A stretch of DNA of 64,000 nucleotides from Actinomycetota bacterium (lineage in GTDB: Bacteria > Actinomycetota > JAICYB01). The position numbers and the translations under genes are program-made. Within the stretch, counting starts at the first letter, position 1, and each line of letters starts with the position of its first letter. The notes under the pieces were generated by a model that was not told where the DNA came from, ran no database searches, and was given only the letters and a program-made list of their open reading frames with translations. Location: NCBI GenBank assembly GCA_040905525.1, contig JBBDRJ010000016.1:7004-71003 (forward strand), read 5' to 3'. This document shows positions 48,654 to 57,856 of this stretch, piece by piece.

Positions 48654-49442
48654 CTAGGACGTGATGGTCACCGCGGCGGGATCGCCGAGCAGCTCGCGCG
48701 CGCTAGAACCGTTGCAGGCAACGGCGACGTGGCCGCCCGAGTCGATGTAGACCACAAGGGCGCCGGGCTCGCCGTCCGCGAACGTCCGACCGAGGCGAGC
48801 GTCGAAGCTTTCTGCGCCGTTGGAGACCGAGAGTTCGTCCCCAAAGTCGGCGGTGGCTAGATCAACATCGGTGGCGGCGAGCTGTAGGTTCCCGTACCAA
48901 TCGACGCGCAGGACATCGGCGGTCAGCTTCCCCGTTGATACGTCGACGTGCGCCGGCCGAAGACGAACGAGGTCGCCGATGTCGACGGCCGGACCGAACG
49001 CCTCCGGGGTGACACCGAGCGCAAGGTGCGCCGCGGCCGGCGCGAAGACGTCACGCCCGTGAAAGGTGGATGAAAGAGGCGCAAGCTGGTAGCGCTCCTC
49101 GGTCAGCTCGTGAGCCGCGACCGCTCCGCCCAGGGCGTCGGCCGCCGGCGGAAGGAGCCCGTTGTCGGGGCCGACCAGAAGCGCACCGGCGTTCGTCTGG
49201 ATCACAACGGCGCGGCGCTGTGTTCCCACGCCCGGATCCACGACGGCGAGGTGTACGGCCGTCGTCGGGGCGAAGGGCAGGCTCTGGCGAAGCAGAGTCG
49301 CGCCGGCACGAACGCCTCGGATCCCGTGGACGAGATCGACGATCCGCACCTCCGGAGCGATCCCGGCGATGACGAGACGGCACACGCCGACGTATTCGTC
49401 GGTGGGGCCGTAGTCGCTGGAGAAAGTGACGAGCTTCGTGAT
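48654..49442 (-). CDS. SAM hydrolase/halogenase (DUF62) family protein; probable ATC start
   Basis: LVTFSSDYG, VVDPGVGTQRR, GPDNG, TFHGRDVFAP, DWYGNL. The N-terminal motif lies upstream of the first canonical start. Confidence 0.85.
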   Translation of the reverse strand: MTKLVTFSSDYGPTDEYVGVCRLVIAGIAPEVRIVDLVHGIRGVRAGATLLRQSLPFAPTTAVHLAVVDPGVGTQRRAVVIQTNAGALLVGPDNGLLPPAADALGGAVAAHELTEERYQLAPLSSTFHGRDVFAPAAAHLALGVTPEAFGPAVDIGDLVRLRPAHVDVSTGKLTADVLRVDWYGNLQLAATDVDLATADFGDELSVSNGAESFDARLGRTFADGEPGALVVYIDSGGHVAVACNGSSARELLGDPAAVTITS

Positions 49443-49540
49443 TACTTCTTGTGGAGACGTTCCCAGCGCGTCTTCTTGAGGAGCTTCTTGTGCTTCTTCT
49501 TCCGCATCTTCTTGCGGCGCTTCTTCAGTACCGAGCCCAA
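49442..49540 (-). CDS. 30S ribosomal protein bS22 (AURKAIP1/COX24 family), 32 aa
   Basis: MGSVLKKRRKKMRKKKHKKLLKKTRWERLHKK; TTG start after AGGAG; actinobacterial synteny with HTH and proC. Confidence 0.92.
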   Translation of the reverse strand: MGSVLKKRRKKMRKKKHKKLLKKTRWERLHKK

Positions 49541-49586
49541 ACAGTTTCTCCTATTCTCGCTTCGGCAAAAAGCGCCTCAGCGATGG

Positions 49587-50480
49587 TTAGTCGGTCCCGA
49601 GCACCGAGCGCAGATCCACACGCTCGGTGATCTTTCCGTCTTGCGTCACGCGGACCGATCCAAGACGGAGCGCGCGAACACCCTCGGATACCGGCGTCAA
49701 AAGACGCAAGGCATCCTCGCGGTACTCAAGGATACCCAACCCCAGGCAGTCGCCCTCTCCGTTGTCCACGCCCACTAGTAGGCCGTCCAGATCCGACTGG
49801 TCGAAGATCGGAGGCAGGACGGGCATGAAGACCGTGGGCTTCACCCGCCACCGGTAGACCTGGGGGCCCAGGAAGGCCTTCAGGCGCTCCTCCCGGTACG
49901 CCGCCCTCTCGTCGACCGAGCGCATCCCGATCCCCGGGTGGACGCCGAGCTTGAGCACCTCGGCTCCCAGGAAGCGCTCCAGAACCCCCACGATCGGATC
50001 GAGCTCACCTCCCCGGGCCAGGGCCACGACGTGGCGGGGACGGCACAGCTCGGCCTTGGCCAGCTTGAGGAGCTGCCCCGACACCCCGTCGATCAGGCCT
50101 GAGGTGTCCACGATGATCAGTCGGGCCCCCATCTCGATGGCCCGCATGACGAGCTTGGCCGTTCCCGTCACCAAGGGGAGGTGGAAACCGCGGGGAGACA
50201 CCGCTCCAACGAAGGCCAGGGCGTCCGGTGGGGCATCTTCGGCCAGGTCGGCGCCTTCGCGGACGAGCTTCAGGCCGACGGTTCCCGGTGGGCCGATCGT
50301 GGACTGCGCAAGGTCGGCGTCGATGAGGGCTACTCCGTGTCCGGCATCCAGACCCGCGCGAGCCAGCGTCCGAGAGAAGGTCGTCTTCCCCGAATCGACT
50401 GCGCCCAGGACGAAAACGCGTCCCGGCTGCGCCGCAAGTGTCGCGATCGCGTCGGCGTGCGACTTTTCGATGTCTTCCAT
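49587..50480 (-). CDS. Clp1/Grc3-type polynucleotide 5'-kinase
   Basis: Walker A GAVDSGKTT, DADLAQSTIGPPG, IVDTSG, lid RAAYREERL. Confidence 0.75.
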   Translation of the reverse strand: MEDIEKSHADAIATLAAQPGRVFVLGAVDSGKTTFSRTLARAGLDAGHGVALIDADLAQSTIGPPGTVGLKLVREGADLAEDAPPDALAFVGAVSPRGFHLPLVTGTAKLVMRAIEMGARLIIVDTSGLIDGVSGQLLKLAKAELCRPRHVVALARGGELDPIVGVLERFLGAEVLKLGVHPGIGMRSVDERAAYREERLKAFLGPQVYRWRVKPTVFMPVLPPIFDQSDLDGLLVGVDNGEGDCLGLGILEYREDALRLLTPVSEGVRALRLGSVRVTQDGKITERVDLRSVLGTD

Positions 50481-50535
50481 GCGCCCTTCCAAGTTTCGGA
50501 GGAGCGCGGACGTCGACTACAGCTCTAAGGAAGGA

Positions 50536-50718
50536 TCAGAGACCGGTTACGGCTTGCGACTCCAGATACTCGTTCAGGTCGTATTCCCGAACTCTGTAGT
50601 TCCTGCCGACCCTGATGGCCTTGAGCTGTCCTCGCCGGATCAATCGGTAAACGGTCATCCTCGAAACACGCATCGCCAATGCAACTTCGGCGACGGTGAG
50701 TAGCCGAGCGACCATCAT
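50536..50718 (-). CDS. Excisionase-like HTH DNA-binding protein (Rv0500A/BdtA-like)
   Basis: LLTVAEVALAMRVSRMTVYRLI..G.L.AIRVGRNYRV. Confidence 0.88.
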   Translation of the reverse strand: MMVARLLTVAEVALAMRVSRMTVYRLIRRGQLKAIRVGRNYRVREYDLNEYLESQAVTGL

Positions 50719-50824
50719 TCGGGGATTTTCCCCGAACCCCCGGGGTTCGTCCGCCTCATCCTCAGCTTTCCTGTGAGTGAAGCGCTAAGGGTACTTCCCG
50801 CACCCCGGGGAGCGCCAAGGGAAT

Positions 50825-51580
50825 CTAGAGGCGTTCGATCACGAAACGTGCTAACGCTTCGTATGACGCCGCCGGACGGTTGTCGTCGCACAGGATCGGT
50901 GTCACTTTCAGCCCTCGGGCCCACGCGAGCACCAGTGCGGGGTCGTTCGTGTCGACAACGGCGACGGCATCGAGGCCTTGGGCAAGGGCGGCGCCGGTGA
51001 ATCCGTGATCACCGACGACGAGATCGGCGCGCAATCCGTTCGACAGAAGGAATTCCATCGCCCGCGGTGAGTGTGTGTGCACAAGGTCACCGCTCATCGA
51101 CACGCACGCCACGTCGCACACGTAACGGATCTGCGCACCGTTGATATATCCCTCGTAGGACTCACCTTCTGCAAAGCGCACGATCTCGGCTCCGCGATCG
51201 TTCATGGCTTGCGCTACGCGTGCATACATCTCCAGAGGACCGGTGGGATGACCGGTACCGAAGAAGACGCGCTCGCCCCGCGCGCACGCTTCGCTGAGTC
51301 GCGGTATGGCGAGCTCGATCTGTGCGACCGTCGCCGCCGGTGTTACCCACGACTTCCCGCCCGAGCCGTTGGTCCCCAAGAAGTCCCAATCGGCGAGCCG
51401 ATTGAGGGCCTCCACGATCTCCTCGGTGGTGGCCGGGAGCAGGTCGCCCAGACCGAAGGTCGTTCCGGGATCGCCGCCGACCAGCATCCGGATCTTGCGA
51501 TGGACGTCGTGCACCGGGGTGTCGATCCACCCGACCACCCGGTTGCTCTCCAGCGTTTCCGCCAGGCGTTGGGGGCTCAG
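50825..51580 (-). CDS. Actinobacterial 'phosphatase'-family protein; probable CTG start
   Basis: FFGTGHP, HTHSPRAM, DLVVGDHG.TG, DTNDPAL; AAGGAG 8 nt before CTG 51580, which overlaps the proC stop. Confidence 0.65.
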   Translation of the reverse strand: MSPQRLAETLESNRVVGWIDTPVHDVHRKIRMLVGGDPGTTFGLGDLLPATTEEIVEALNRLADWDFLGTNGSGGKSWVTPAATVAQIELAIPRLSEACARGERVFFGTGHPTGPLEMYARVAQAMNDRGAEIVRFAEGESYEGYINGAQIRYVCDVACVSMSGDLVHTHSPRAMEFLLSNGLRADLVVGDHGFTGAALAQGLDAVAVVDTNDPALVLAWARGLKVTPILCDDNRPAASYEALARFVIERL

Positions 51581-52377
51581 GACCCCAACTCCTTGCTGCG
51601 CCGGTGGGCTGCGCGCAGAGCCTCCCCGAAGGCCGCGCGAACGGCCATCGCCTCGAGCACGCTAAGGGCAGCGGCCGTCGTGCCGCCGGGTGATGTGACC
51701 TGTGCGCGCAAGATCGCCGGTGGATCCCCCGTCGTGCGCAGCATGGTCCCCGATCCTTCTATCGTCGCGAACGTCAGAGTCTCGGCTACGTCCCTCGGCA
51801 GGCCGAGAGCAACGGCGGCCTCGACCATCGCCTCGGCGACCAGGAAGATGTACGCCGGACCCGAGCCCGAAAGGGCGGTAACGGCGTCGAGCTTGTCTTC
51901 GTCGAGCCACACGACGGGACCGACCGCGCGGAAGATGTCGTCGGCCAAGGTCTTGGTCTCATCGGTTGCGTAGCGCCCGGCGGCCAGCGCGGTCACGCCG
52001 CGTCCGACGCGCGCCGGCGTGTTCGGCATCGCACGAACGACGGAGGCGCCCTTGCCGAGCTGGTCCTCGATAGCCGACGTCTTCAGGCCGGCGACGATCG
52101 ACACGATCCCGGCCGCGTCGGCAGATCCGCCGATCGTGTCCAGAGCCGCCGCCGCGTCCTGCGGCTTCACGGCCAGCAGAACGCCGGTGGCGTCGATGGC
52201 GGCCTCGGCCGGACTGGTCGTTGTTCGTACGCCGAGAGCCTTGCCCACCTGCTCGAGGCGATCCGCTGCGATGTCGGCAAGGATCATCTCGTCGGCCGAC
52301 CATCCCGCGTCGAGCAGCCCGCGGGCGAGGGCTTCCCCCATCATCCCCGCACCGATGAACGCTACGCGTCGTGTCAT
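51577..52377 (-). CDS. proC: Pyrroline-5-carboxylate reductase
   Basis: FIGAGMMG, AVKPQ, RAMPNTP, ALSGSGPAY, VTSPGGTT. Confidence 0.97.
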   Translation of the reverse strand: MTRRVAFIGAGMMGEALARGLLDAGWSADEMILADIAADRLEQVGKALGVRTTTSPAEAAIDATGVLLAVKPQDAAAALDTIGGSADAAGIVSIVAGLKTSAIEDQLGKGASVVRAMPNTPARVGRGVTALAAGRYATDETKTLADDIFRAVGPVVWLDEDKLDAVTALSGSGPAYIFLVAEAMVEAAVALGLPRDVAETLTFATIEGSGTMLRTTGDPPAILRAQVTSPGGTTAAALSVLEAMAVRAAFGEALRAAHRRSKELGS

Positions 52378-53588
52378 AGCTGCCTCCCGATGCGTTCTAT
52401 CTCCGCACCCTCTAGACAAGAGCTCACGAGTGCGTCGATGTCGAGTGAAGCTTCTGCTGCCACGCACGCTTCGACGGTGGCTCGGGTTGCGGGAGCCCTG
52501 GGGACGAAAAGCGAGCAGCAGTCTTCGTACGGAAGGATCGATGTCTCGTAGGTGCCGATCCGCTTGGCCTGCTCGACGATCTCTTGCTTGTCATCGCCGA
52601 TCAACGGACGCAACAGCGGCACCGGCGCGACATCGTCCACGCACCCGATGTTTTCCAGGGTCTGGGACGCGACCTGCCCGAGGCTGTCACCCGTCACCAG
52701 GGCCCGGGCTCCCTGGCTCCGCGCGATCTCGGCCCCCACTCTGACCATCAGGCGGCGATACAGGACGACGCGAAGGTCGGGCGAGGCGGTCAGCACGATC
52801 TGCTGCTGGGCGTCGCCGAGCGGGACGAGATACAGGGTCGTGTCGCCCTGCCAGTTCGCGATCATGCCGGCGAGCTCCGTGGCCTTCCGCACGCTCGAGC
52901 GGTCGGTGAAGGGGGCCGAATGGAAGTGGCAAAGGATCGCCTTCGCGCCGCGCTTGAGGATGCGGTAGGTGGCAACCGGAGAGTCGATGCCTCCGGACAG
53001 AAGGGATACGACCTTCCCGGACACGCCGACGGGAAGGCCACCCGGACCCTCGCGGCGGTCGACGTAGACGAACGCGCGAGCGCCGACCACTTCGACGTAA
53101 ACCGTCGCGTCCGGGGAGCCGAGGTTGACCGCTGCTCCCGTCGCGCCCTGGATCGCCGCACCGAGCTCAACGTTGATCTGTCTGGACGTGATCGGCAGCT
53201 CCTTCGTGGCGCGTCGAGCAGCCACGGCGAAGGTGGAGAACTCGCGGGGCTCCAGTCGCGCGAGTGCGGCATCGATCATCGCGCCGATCGCGACTTCGGT
53301 CACGGTGCACGGCGCAAACGCCGCAACACCGAACGTCGTGCCGATCCGGTCCAAGACTCCCTCGCTCGGTTCGGCCGATGTATGCAGAACCAGACGGCCG
53401 GTAAGAGCCTCGACCGTGGCCTCACCTCCGATGACGGACTCGAGGTTTCGCACGAGCCGGCGTTCGAAGAATCCACGGTTGCGGCCTTTCAGGCCGATCT
53501 CGTTGTAATGAACGACGACGCCAAGGTCACCGGACGTCCGGACGACGTGTCCGAAAGGCTGATCGAGTGCGGCGTTCTCCATGTCCAT
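52374..53588 (-). CDS. thiI: tRNA 4-thiouridine synthase ThiI (no C-terminal rhodanese)
   Basis: HYNEIGLKGRNR, THUMP region, SLLSGGIDSPVA, TGDSLGQVASQT, EDCC. Confidence 0.92.
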   Translation of the reverse strand: MDMENAALDQPFGHVVRTSGDLGVVVHYNEIGLKGRNRGFFERRLVRNLESVIGGEATVEALTGRLVLHTSAEPSEGVLDRIGTTFGVAAFAPCTVTEVAIGAMIDAALARLEPREFSTFAVAARRATKELPITSRQINVELGAAIQGATGAAVNLGSPDATVYVEVVGARAFVYVDRREGPGGLPVGVSGKVVSLLSGGIDSPVATYRILKRGAKAILCHFHSAPFTDRSSVRKATELAGMIANWQGDTTLYLVPLGDAQQQIVLTASPDLRVVLYRRLMVRVGAEIARSQGARALVTGDSLGQVASQTLENIGCVDDVAPVPLLRPLIGDDKQEIVEQAKRIGTYETSILPYEDCCSLFVPRAPATRATVEACVAAEASLDIDALVSSCLEGAEIERIGRQL

Positions 53589-53651
53589 AGGCTACGGCTC
53601 CGAACGGGCTCCCATCCCTTTACACTGTCTGGCACCCGGGGAGGGGAAAGC

Positions 53652-54263
53652 TTGCCAGACCGGATACCGCTCTTTCCGCTCCATACGCTGTTACTCCCGC
53701 ATACAGATCTCGGTGTTCACGTCTTCGAGGACAGGTACCGGTCCCTCGTTGCGGACTGCCTGAGCAACGGGCAGACGTTCGGTGTCTCGCTCATACGAAA
53801 CGGTCGCGAGGTGGGCGGTCCGGCCGACCCTCATACGATCGGCACCCTCGCGACGATCAGCGGTTACGCACGGCTGCCCGACGGACGTTACCTGCTCGAG
53901 GTCGAGGGCACGCGCAGGTTCCAGATCGAGTCGTCGGTGCGCAACGGGTCCTATCCCGCCGCAAAGGTCAGCTGGTTGCCCGAGCCCATAGGAAACTTCG
54001 CGAGGGCCCGGGTCGCCTCGAGCGAGGTCGCTCGCTTATTCCGGCTCTACCGCGCGCACAACGGCGACGGCGACCTGCCCGTGCACCTGCCTGTCGACCC
54101 GGTGGTCCGCTCCTACGTGATCGCGTCGCTGCTCCGCATCGAGCAGCCGGCCAAGCAGCGGCTGCTCGAGGCGGAGTCGGCCGCCGAGCGCCTGGGGGCC
54201 GAGGTGGAGATCCTGCGCCGTGAGATCGCGCTCCTGGATCACCTGCGTTTGCGGCGCGGCTAG
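53652..54263 (+). CDS. LON peptidase N-terminal (substrate-binding) domain protein
   Basis: IPLFPL..LLLP...HVFEDRYRSLV, GTLATI, EGTRRF, KQRLLE; TTG start. Confidence 0.85.
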   Translation: MPDRIPLFPLHTLLLPHTDLGVHVFEDRYRSLVADCLSNGQTFGVSLIRNGREVGGPADPHTIGTLATISGYARLPDGRYLLEVEGTRRFQIESSVRNGSYPAAKVSWLPEPIGNFARARVASSEVARLFRLYRAHNGDGDLPVHLPVDPVVRSYVIASLLRIEQPAKQRLLEAESAAERLGAEVEILRREIALLDHLRLRRG

Positions 54264-54287
54264 CTCTTCGCCCGCGCTCGCCGCCGC

Positions 54288-54788
54288 TTAACTGCGCGCC
54301 CGCTTACGCAGAACATCGGCGATACCGTCGGCCAGCTCGTCTGAGGACAGCTCGCCGTTGTGCTCCAGGGCCAGGTCGCCCTCAGCGTCGTAGAACTGCG
54401 TGACCGGCAGACCCAACAGGCCCTCCTTTCTGCGGATCTCACCCCGCTGGTCGGACAGGCTCGGGAACGGCATCCGGTAGCGCCGGACGAAGTCGACCGC
54501 CGCGTCCGGGTCGTCCTGCACGTCGATGCCGAGGAAGTGGATCCGTCCCTCGTAGCGCTTCGCGGCCGCCACCAGGCGCGGCATCTCCTCCTTGCATGGT
54601 TCGCACCACGTTGCCCAGAAGTTCACGACGACCGGCCTGCCACGTAAGGCAAGCAGGGTCGACTCGAACTTGGCCGGCGATCCGGCTTCGATCTTGCCGC
54701 CGACGAAGTCGTCGTCGACCGGCGGCTCGCCCCCGCCGCACGACACGGCCAGGACGGCGACGACCGTCGCTACAACTGCTCGACGCAC
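54288..54788 (-). CDS. TlpA-family thioredoxin-like lipoprotein
   Basis: Lipobox LAVSC; VNFWATWCEPC; GLPVT. Confidence 0.88.
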   Translation of the reverse strand: MRRAVVATVVAVLAVSCGGGEPPVDDDFVGGKIEAGSPAKFESTLLALRGRPVVVNFWATWCEPCKEEMPRLVAAAKRYEGRIHFLGIDVQDDPDAAVDFVRRYRMPFPSLSDQRGEIRRKEGLLGLPVTQFYDAEGDLALEHNGELSSDELADGIADVLRKRARS

Positions 54789-54802
54789 CCCGGTCCGGAC
54801 CC

Positions 54803-55693
54803 TCAGCTCGTGCCGAGCTCCTCCGAGATCCGCTCCAGCTGGTCGAGACGGCGCTCGAGTGACGGGTGACTGGAGAAGATCTCCTTGATGCTTGTTGGGA
54901 CGATGAAGAACGCGTTCATCGATTCAACCTGACGTTTCGCCTCCGGAGCGGTGTGTGCCATGTCGCCGGAGATCTTGACCAGCGCCGAGGCCAGATCCTT
55001 GGGCTTGCGTGTCAGATGCGCTCCACCGCGGTCGGCGGCGAGCTCGCGGTAACGGCCGAGCGCAAGGATCAGGATCTGCGACACGAAGTAAACGAGCATC
55101 GACACGAGGTAGACCATCCAGATCGATCCGCCGCCCTGGTCGTTGCTTCGCCGTCCACCGCCGAAGAGTCCGGTGAAGAAGAACATCCGCATCATGAAGA
55201 AGGCGATCATCGCGAAGAAGGATGCGAGGGTCATGACCGCTACGTCGCGGTTCACGACGTGGAAGATCTCGTGGCCGATGACGGCTTCCACCTCGTGTGG
55301 TTCCAGCCGCTGCAGGAGGCCCTCCGTTACAGCGACCACCGAGTGCTTGGGACTGCGCCCGGTGGCGAACGCGTTGGGGATCGGCATCTTCGATATCGCG
55401 ACCTTCGGCTTCGGGATCCCGGCGTCTCTTGCGAGCCGCTCGACCATGGCGTGTAGCTCCGGTGCCTCCTCAGGCGTCACTTCCTTGGCGCGCATGCCCC
55501 ACATCGCGAGCTTGTGCGAGAAGAAGTACTGCAGGCCGAGCATGAGCGCGGCGATGGCGATCAGCGGGCCGAAGGAAACCCCGCGGGACGAGAGGTAGGA
55601 CAGGAAGCCTAGGTAGAGCGCAGCGAGCAGGGCCATCGTGAACAACATCCGAAACCGAAGGCCCCAGTCCGCCTGAGTGACCCGACGTGCCAT
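54803..55693 (-). CDS. htpX: Zinc metalloprotease HtpX
   Basis: PNAFATG, GHEIFH (HExxH), RYRELAAD, FSSHP. Confidence 0.92.
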   Translation of the reverse strand: MARRVTQADWGLRFRMLFTMALLAALYLGFLSYLSSRGVSFGPLIAIAALMLGLQYFFSHKLAMWGMRAKEVTPEEAPELHAMVERLARDAGIPKPKVAISKMPIPNAFATGRSPKHSVVAVTEGLLQRLEPHEVEAVIGHEIFHVVNRDVAVMTLASFFAMIAFFMMRMFFFTGLFGGGRRSNDQGGGSIWMVYLVSMLVYFVSQILILALGRYRELAADRGGAHLTRKPKDLASALVKISGDMAHTAPEAKRQVESMNAFFIVPTSIKEIFSSHPSLERRLDQLERISEELGTS

Positions 55694-55755
55694 CTTTCGT
55701 CCTCCGTTCTTTGGTCGGCCATTGTCGCACCTACTTGCCTGTACCCTCGCTCCGC

Positions 55756-56598
55756 ATGAGTTTCCAGATGAGTAACGATCCCCAGCCCCCCGCGGGTCCA
55801 CACCGCTTGCGCCTCGGCTCTGGGGCGCACGTCTGGGTAGCCGGCGACGACGGCTCCGAGGACCGGCCGCGCGTGATGCTCCTGCACGGCTGGGGATTGC
55901 GTCCGCAGGTTTTCCTCCCCAGCGTCAGGCATCTGGCGCAGCGAGGCTTCGAGGTGGCCGCGCCGACCCTCGCCGTCGTCGGACGCACCTGGGACATGGA
56001 TCGGGCTATGCACCGGACGAAGAAGACGATGGACGAGCTCGGCTGGGACAAGGCGATCGTCGTCGGGTACTCGCTCGGCGGTGCCATCTCGACGTCGCTC
56101 GCAGCGGCTCATCCCGAGCGAGTGCGGTTGCTCGTGCTCGTGAACTCCGTGGGTCTGCGCATCCAGCGAGGGATGCTCGGCTGGGCAACGCCCTTCACGC
56201 GCTACGCGCGGACTGGAAACCTCAAAGCCTTGCGTGCCTTCGGTCTCAACGCTTTGCAGATCGGAGGACTCCAGAACTTGGCCGCCGCGGGCCGCTACGC
56301 ACGCGTGGCCACGCTGGACGACGAGCTGGCACGGGTGAAGGAGCACAAGGTCCCGTCGGTTGTTCTGTGGGGCGCCAACGACCGTCTGCTTCCGGCCGAG
56401 ATGGGTCGCGCCATGGCGGACGCGCTCGGCGCTCCCTTACACCTGATCCCGAATGCCGACCACGACTGGCCGGTGATCGATCCCGCGCTGTTCGCTCGCG
56501 AGCTGGATCACCTTCTGCGCTCGGCGCTCCTGGACGAACGGAAGCCCGGGCTCAGCGCGCGGCGGCCAAAGCGCGCCGCACGTCGGGGCATGCGGTAA
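55756..56598 (+). CDS. Alpha/beta hydrolase
   Basis: LLHGWG, GYSLGG nucleophile elbow, WGANDR, ADHDW. Confidence 0.85.
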   Translation: MSFQMSNDPQPPAGPHRLRLGSGAHVWVAGDDGSEDRPRVMLLHGWGLRPQVFLPSVRHLAQRGFEVAAPTLAVVGRTWDMDRAMHRTKKTMDELGWDKAIVVGYSLGGAISTSLAAAHPERVRLLVLVNSVGLRIQRGMLGWATPFTRYARTGNLKALRAFGLNALQIGGLQNLAAAGRYARVATLDDELARVKEHKVPSVVLWGANDRLLPAEMGRAMADALGAPLHLIPNADHDWPVIDPALFARELDHLLRSALLDERKPGLSARRPKRAARRGMR

Positions 56599-57823
56599 CG
56601 GACGCGAATGCGTCCAGGATCCCATCGGCCGTACGGGTCCACGGAAACTTGTGAGCGAGACGAACCGCGTTGGCTCCCAATCTGGAGCGGGCGGATGGGT
56701 CGGTGAGGATGCGCGACAGCGCCGCGGCGAAGGCCTGCGGGTCACGTCTATCGACGAGGTAGCCCGTCTCCGAATCGCGCACGGTAAGCCGCAGCCCACC
56801 CACCGCCGTAGCAACTACCGGAGTCCCGCACGCCTCTGCCTCGAGCGCGACCAAGCCGAAGGACTCCGACGCCGACGGTACGACTACGACGTCGGCCGCT
56901 CGATACAGGTCCGGTAGCTCGTCGTGTGTGACCGGTTCGAGGAAACGCAAGCGGTCACTCACGCCAAGTCTCCGCGCTTGGAGCCGCAACCTAACGCGTT
57001 CCCCCCGGCTCCCGCGCGGCGAGTCGCCACCGACTATCGCGAGCTGCGCGTCGGGGACCATGCGGCGCAGACGGGCCAGAGCATCAACGGCCACATCCGT
57101 TCCCTTGAACGGCTGAAGTCGTCCCACGAAGACGACGAGTGGGTCGTCGGTGAATCCGAACCGGCGCCGAGCCGCCTCGCGATCACCCGGACGGAACCGC
57201 TCGAGGTCGACGCCGGGCGGAGCCACGAAGATGTTGGCCGCGTCGGCACCGTAGAGCTCGAGGAGCTGTCCGCGCTCGATCTCGGTCGGCGCGATGATGC
57301 GATCGGCCGCACGGATCACGCGCGCCTCACCGCGCTTCCGGAACAAAGGCTCTGGTTGGTCGCCGGTGCTCGCCCCATCCTTCACGCGCGCCAGCGTGTG
57401 GAAGGAAACCACCAAAGGCACGTCCCACTCTTGCTTCAGCAACGATCCGGCGACGCCGGACAACCAGTAGTGAGCGTGGATCACGTCGTACGGCCCGTAG
57501 GAGGCAACACCGTCGGCGAAGCGCCGGACGAGACGCGGCAACAGGTCCTTGGGCAACGGTCTGGGAAGTCCGGCCCGGATCTGGATGACGCGAACACCCG
57601 GCGCCACCTGGAGGACCTCGGGGGCATCGGGATCGGTCCGCCGCGTGAAGATGTCGGAAGCCACACCGCGCCGGGCCATCTCCGCCGCCACTTCGCGGAT
57701 GTAGACGTTCATCCCGCCGGCGTCCCCCGAACCCGGGGCCTCGAGCGGCGAGGTGTGCAGGGATAGAACGGCTACTCGGCAGGACGTCGCCGACTCTGGG
57801 TAGTCCTCGATATCCAGCGTCAT
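56552..57823 (-). CDS. mshA: D-inositol-3-phosphate glycosyltransferase (mycothiol biosynthesis)
   Basis: SLHTSPL..PGSGDAGGMNVY, HAHYWLSG, GRLQPFKG, ESFGLVALEA. Confidence 0.85.
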   Translation of the reverse strand: MTLDIEDYPESATSCRVAVLSLHTSPLEAPGSGDAGGMNVYIREVAAEMARRGVASDIFTRRTDPDAPEVLQVAPGVRVIQIRAGLPRPLPKDLLPRLVRRFADGVASYGPYDVIHAHYWLSGVAGSLLKQEWDVPLVVSFHTLARVKDGASTGDQPEPLFRKRGEARVIRAADRIIAPTEIERGQLLELYGADAANIFVAPPGVDLERFRPGDREAARRRFGFTDDPLVVFVGRLQPFKGTDVAVDALARLRRMVPDAQLAIVGGDSPRGSRGERVRLRLQARRLGVSDRLRFLEPVTHDELPDLYRAADVVVVPSASESFGLVALEAEACGTPVVATAVGGLRLTVRDSETGYLVDRRDPQAFAAALSRILTDPSARSRLGANAVRLAHKFPWTRTADGILDAFASVTACPDVRRALAAAR

Positions 57824-57856
57824 CGCGGAGTCAATCGTGGCACGCGGCCGCAGGTG

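Noticed and set aside
48654-49442. Fluorinase/chlorinase
   Set aside because: No halometabolite context; the DUF62 hydrolase subfamily is the more likely assignment and cannot be separated further by eye.
50536-50718. Prophage/ICE excisionase
   Set aside because: No integrase or att context; it sits in the conserved proC-HTH-bS22 chromosomal locus.
50733-50749. Third LexA box
   Set aside because: The spacing is GAAC-N7-GTTC, not N4.
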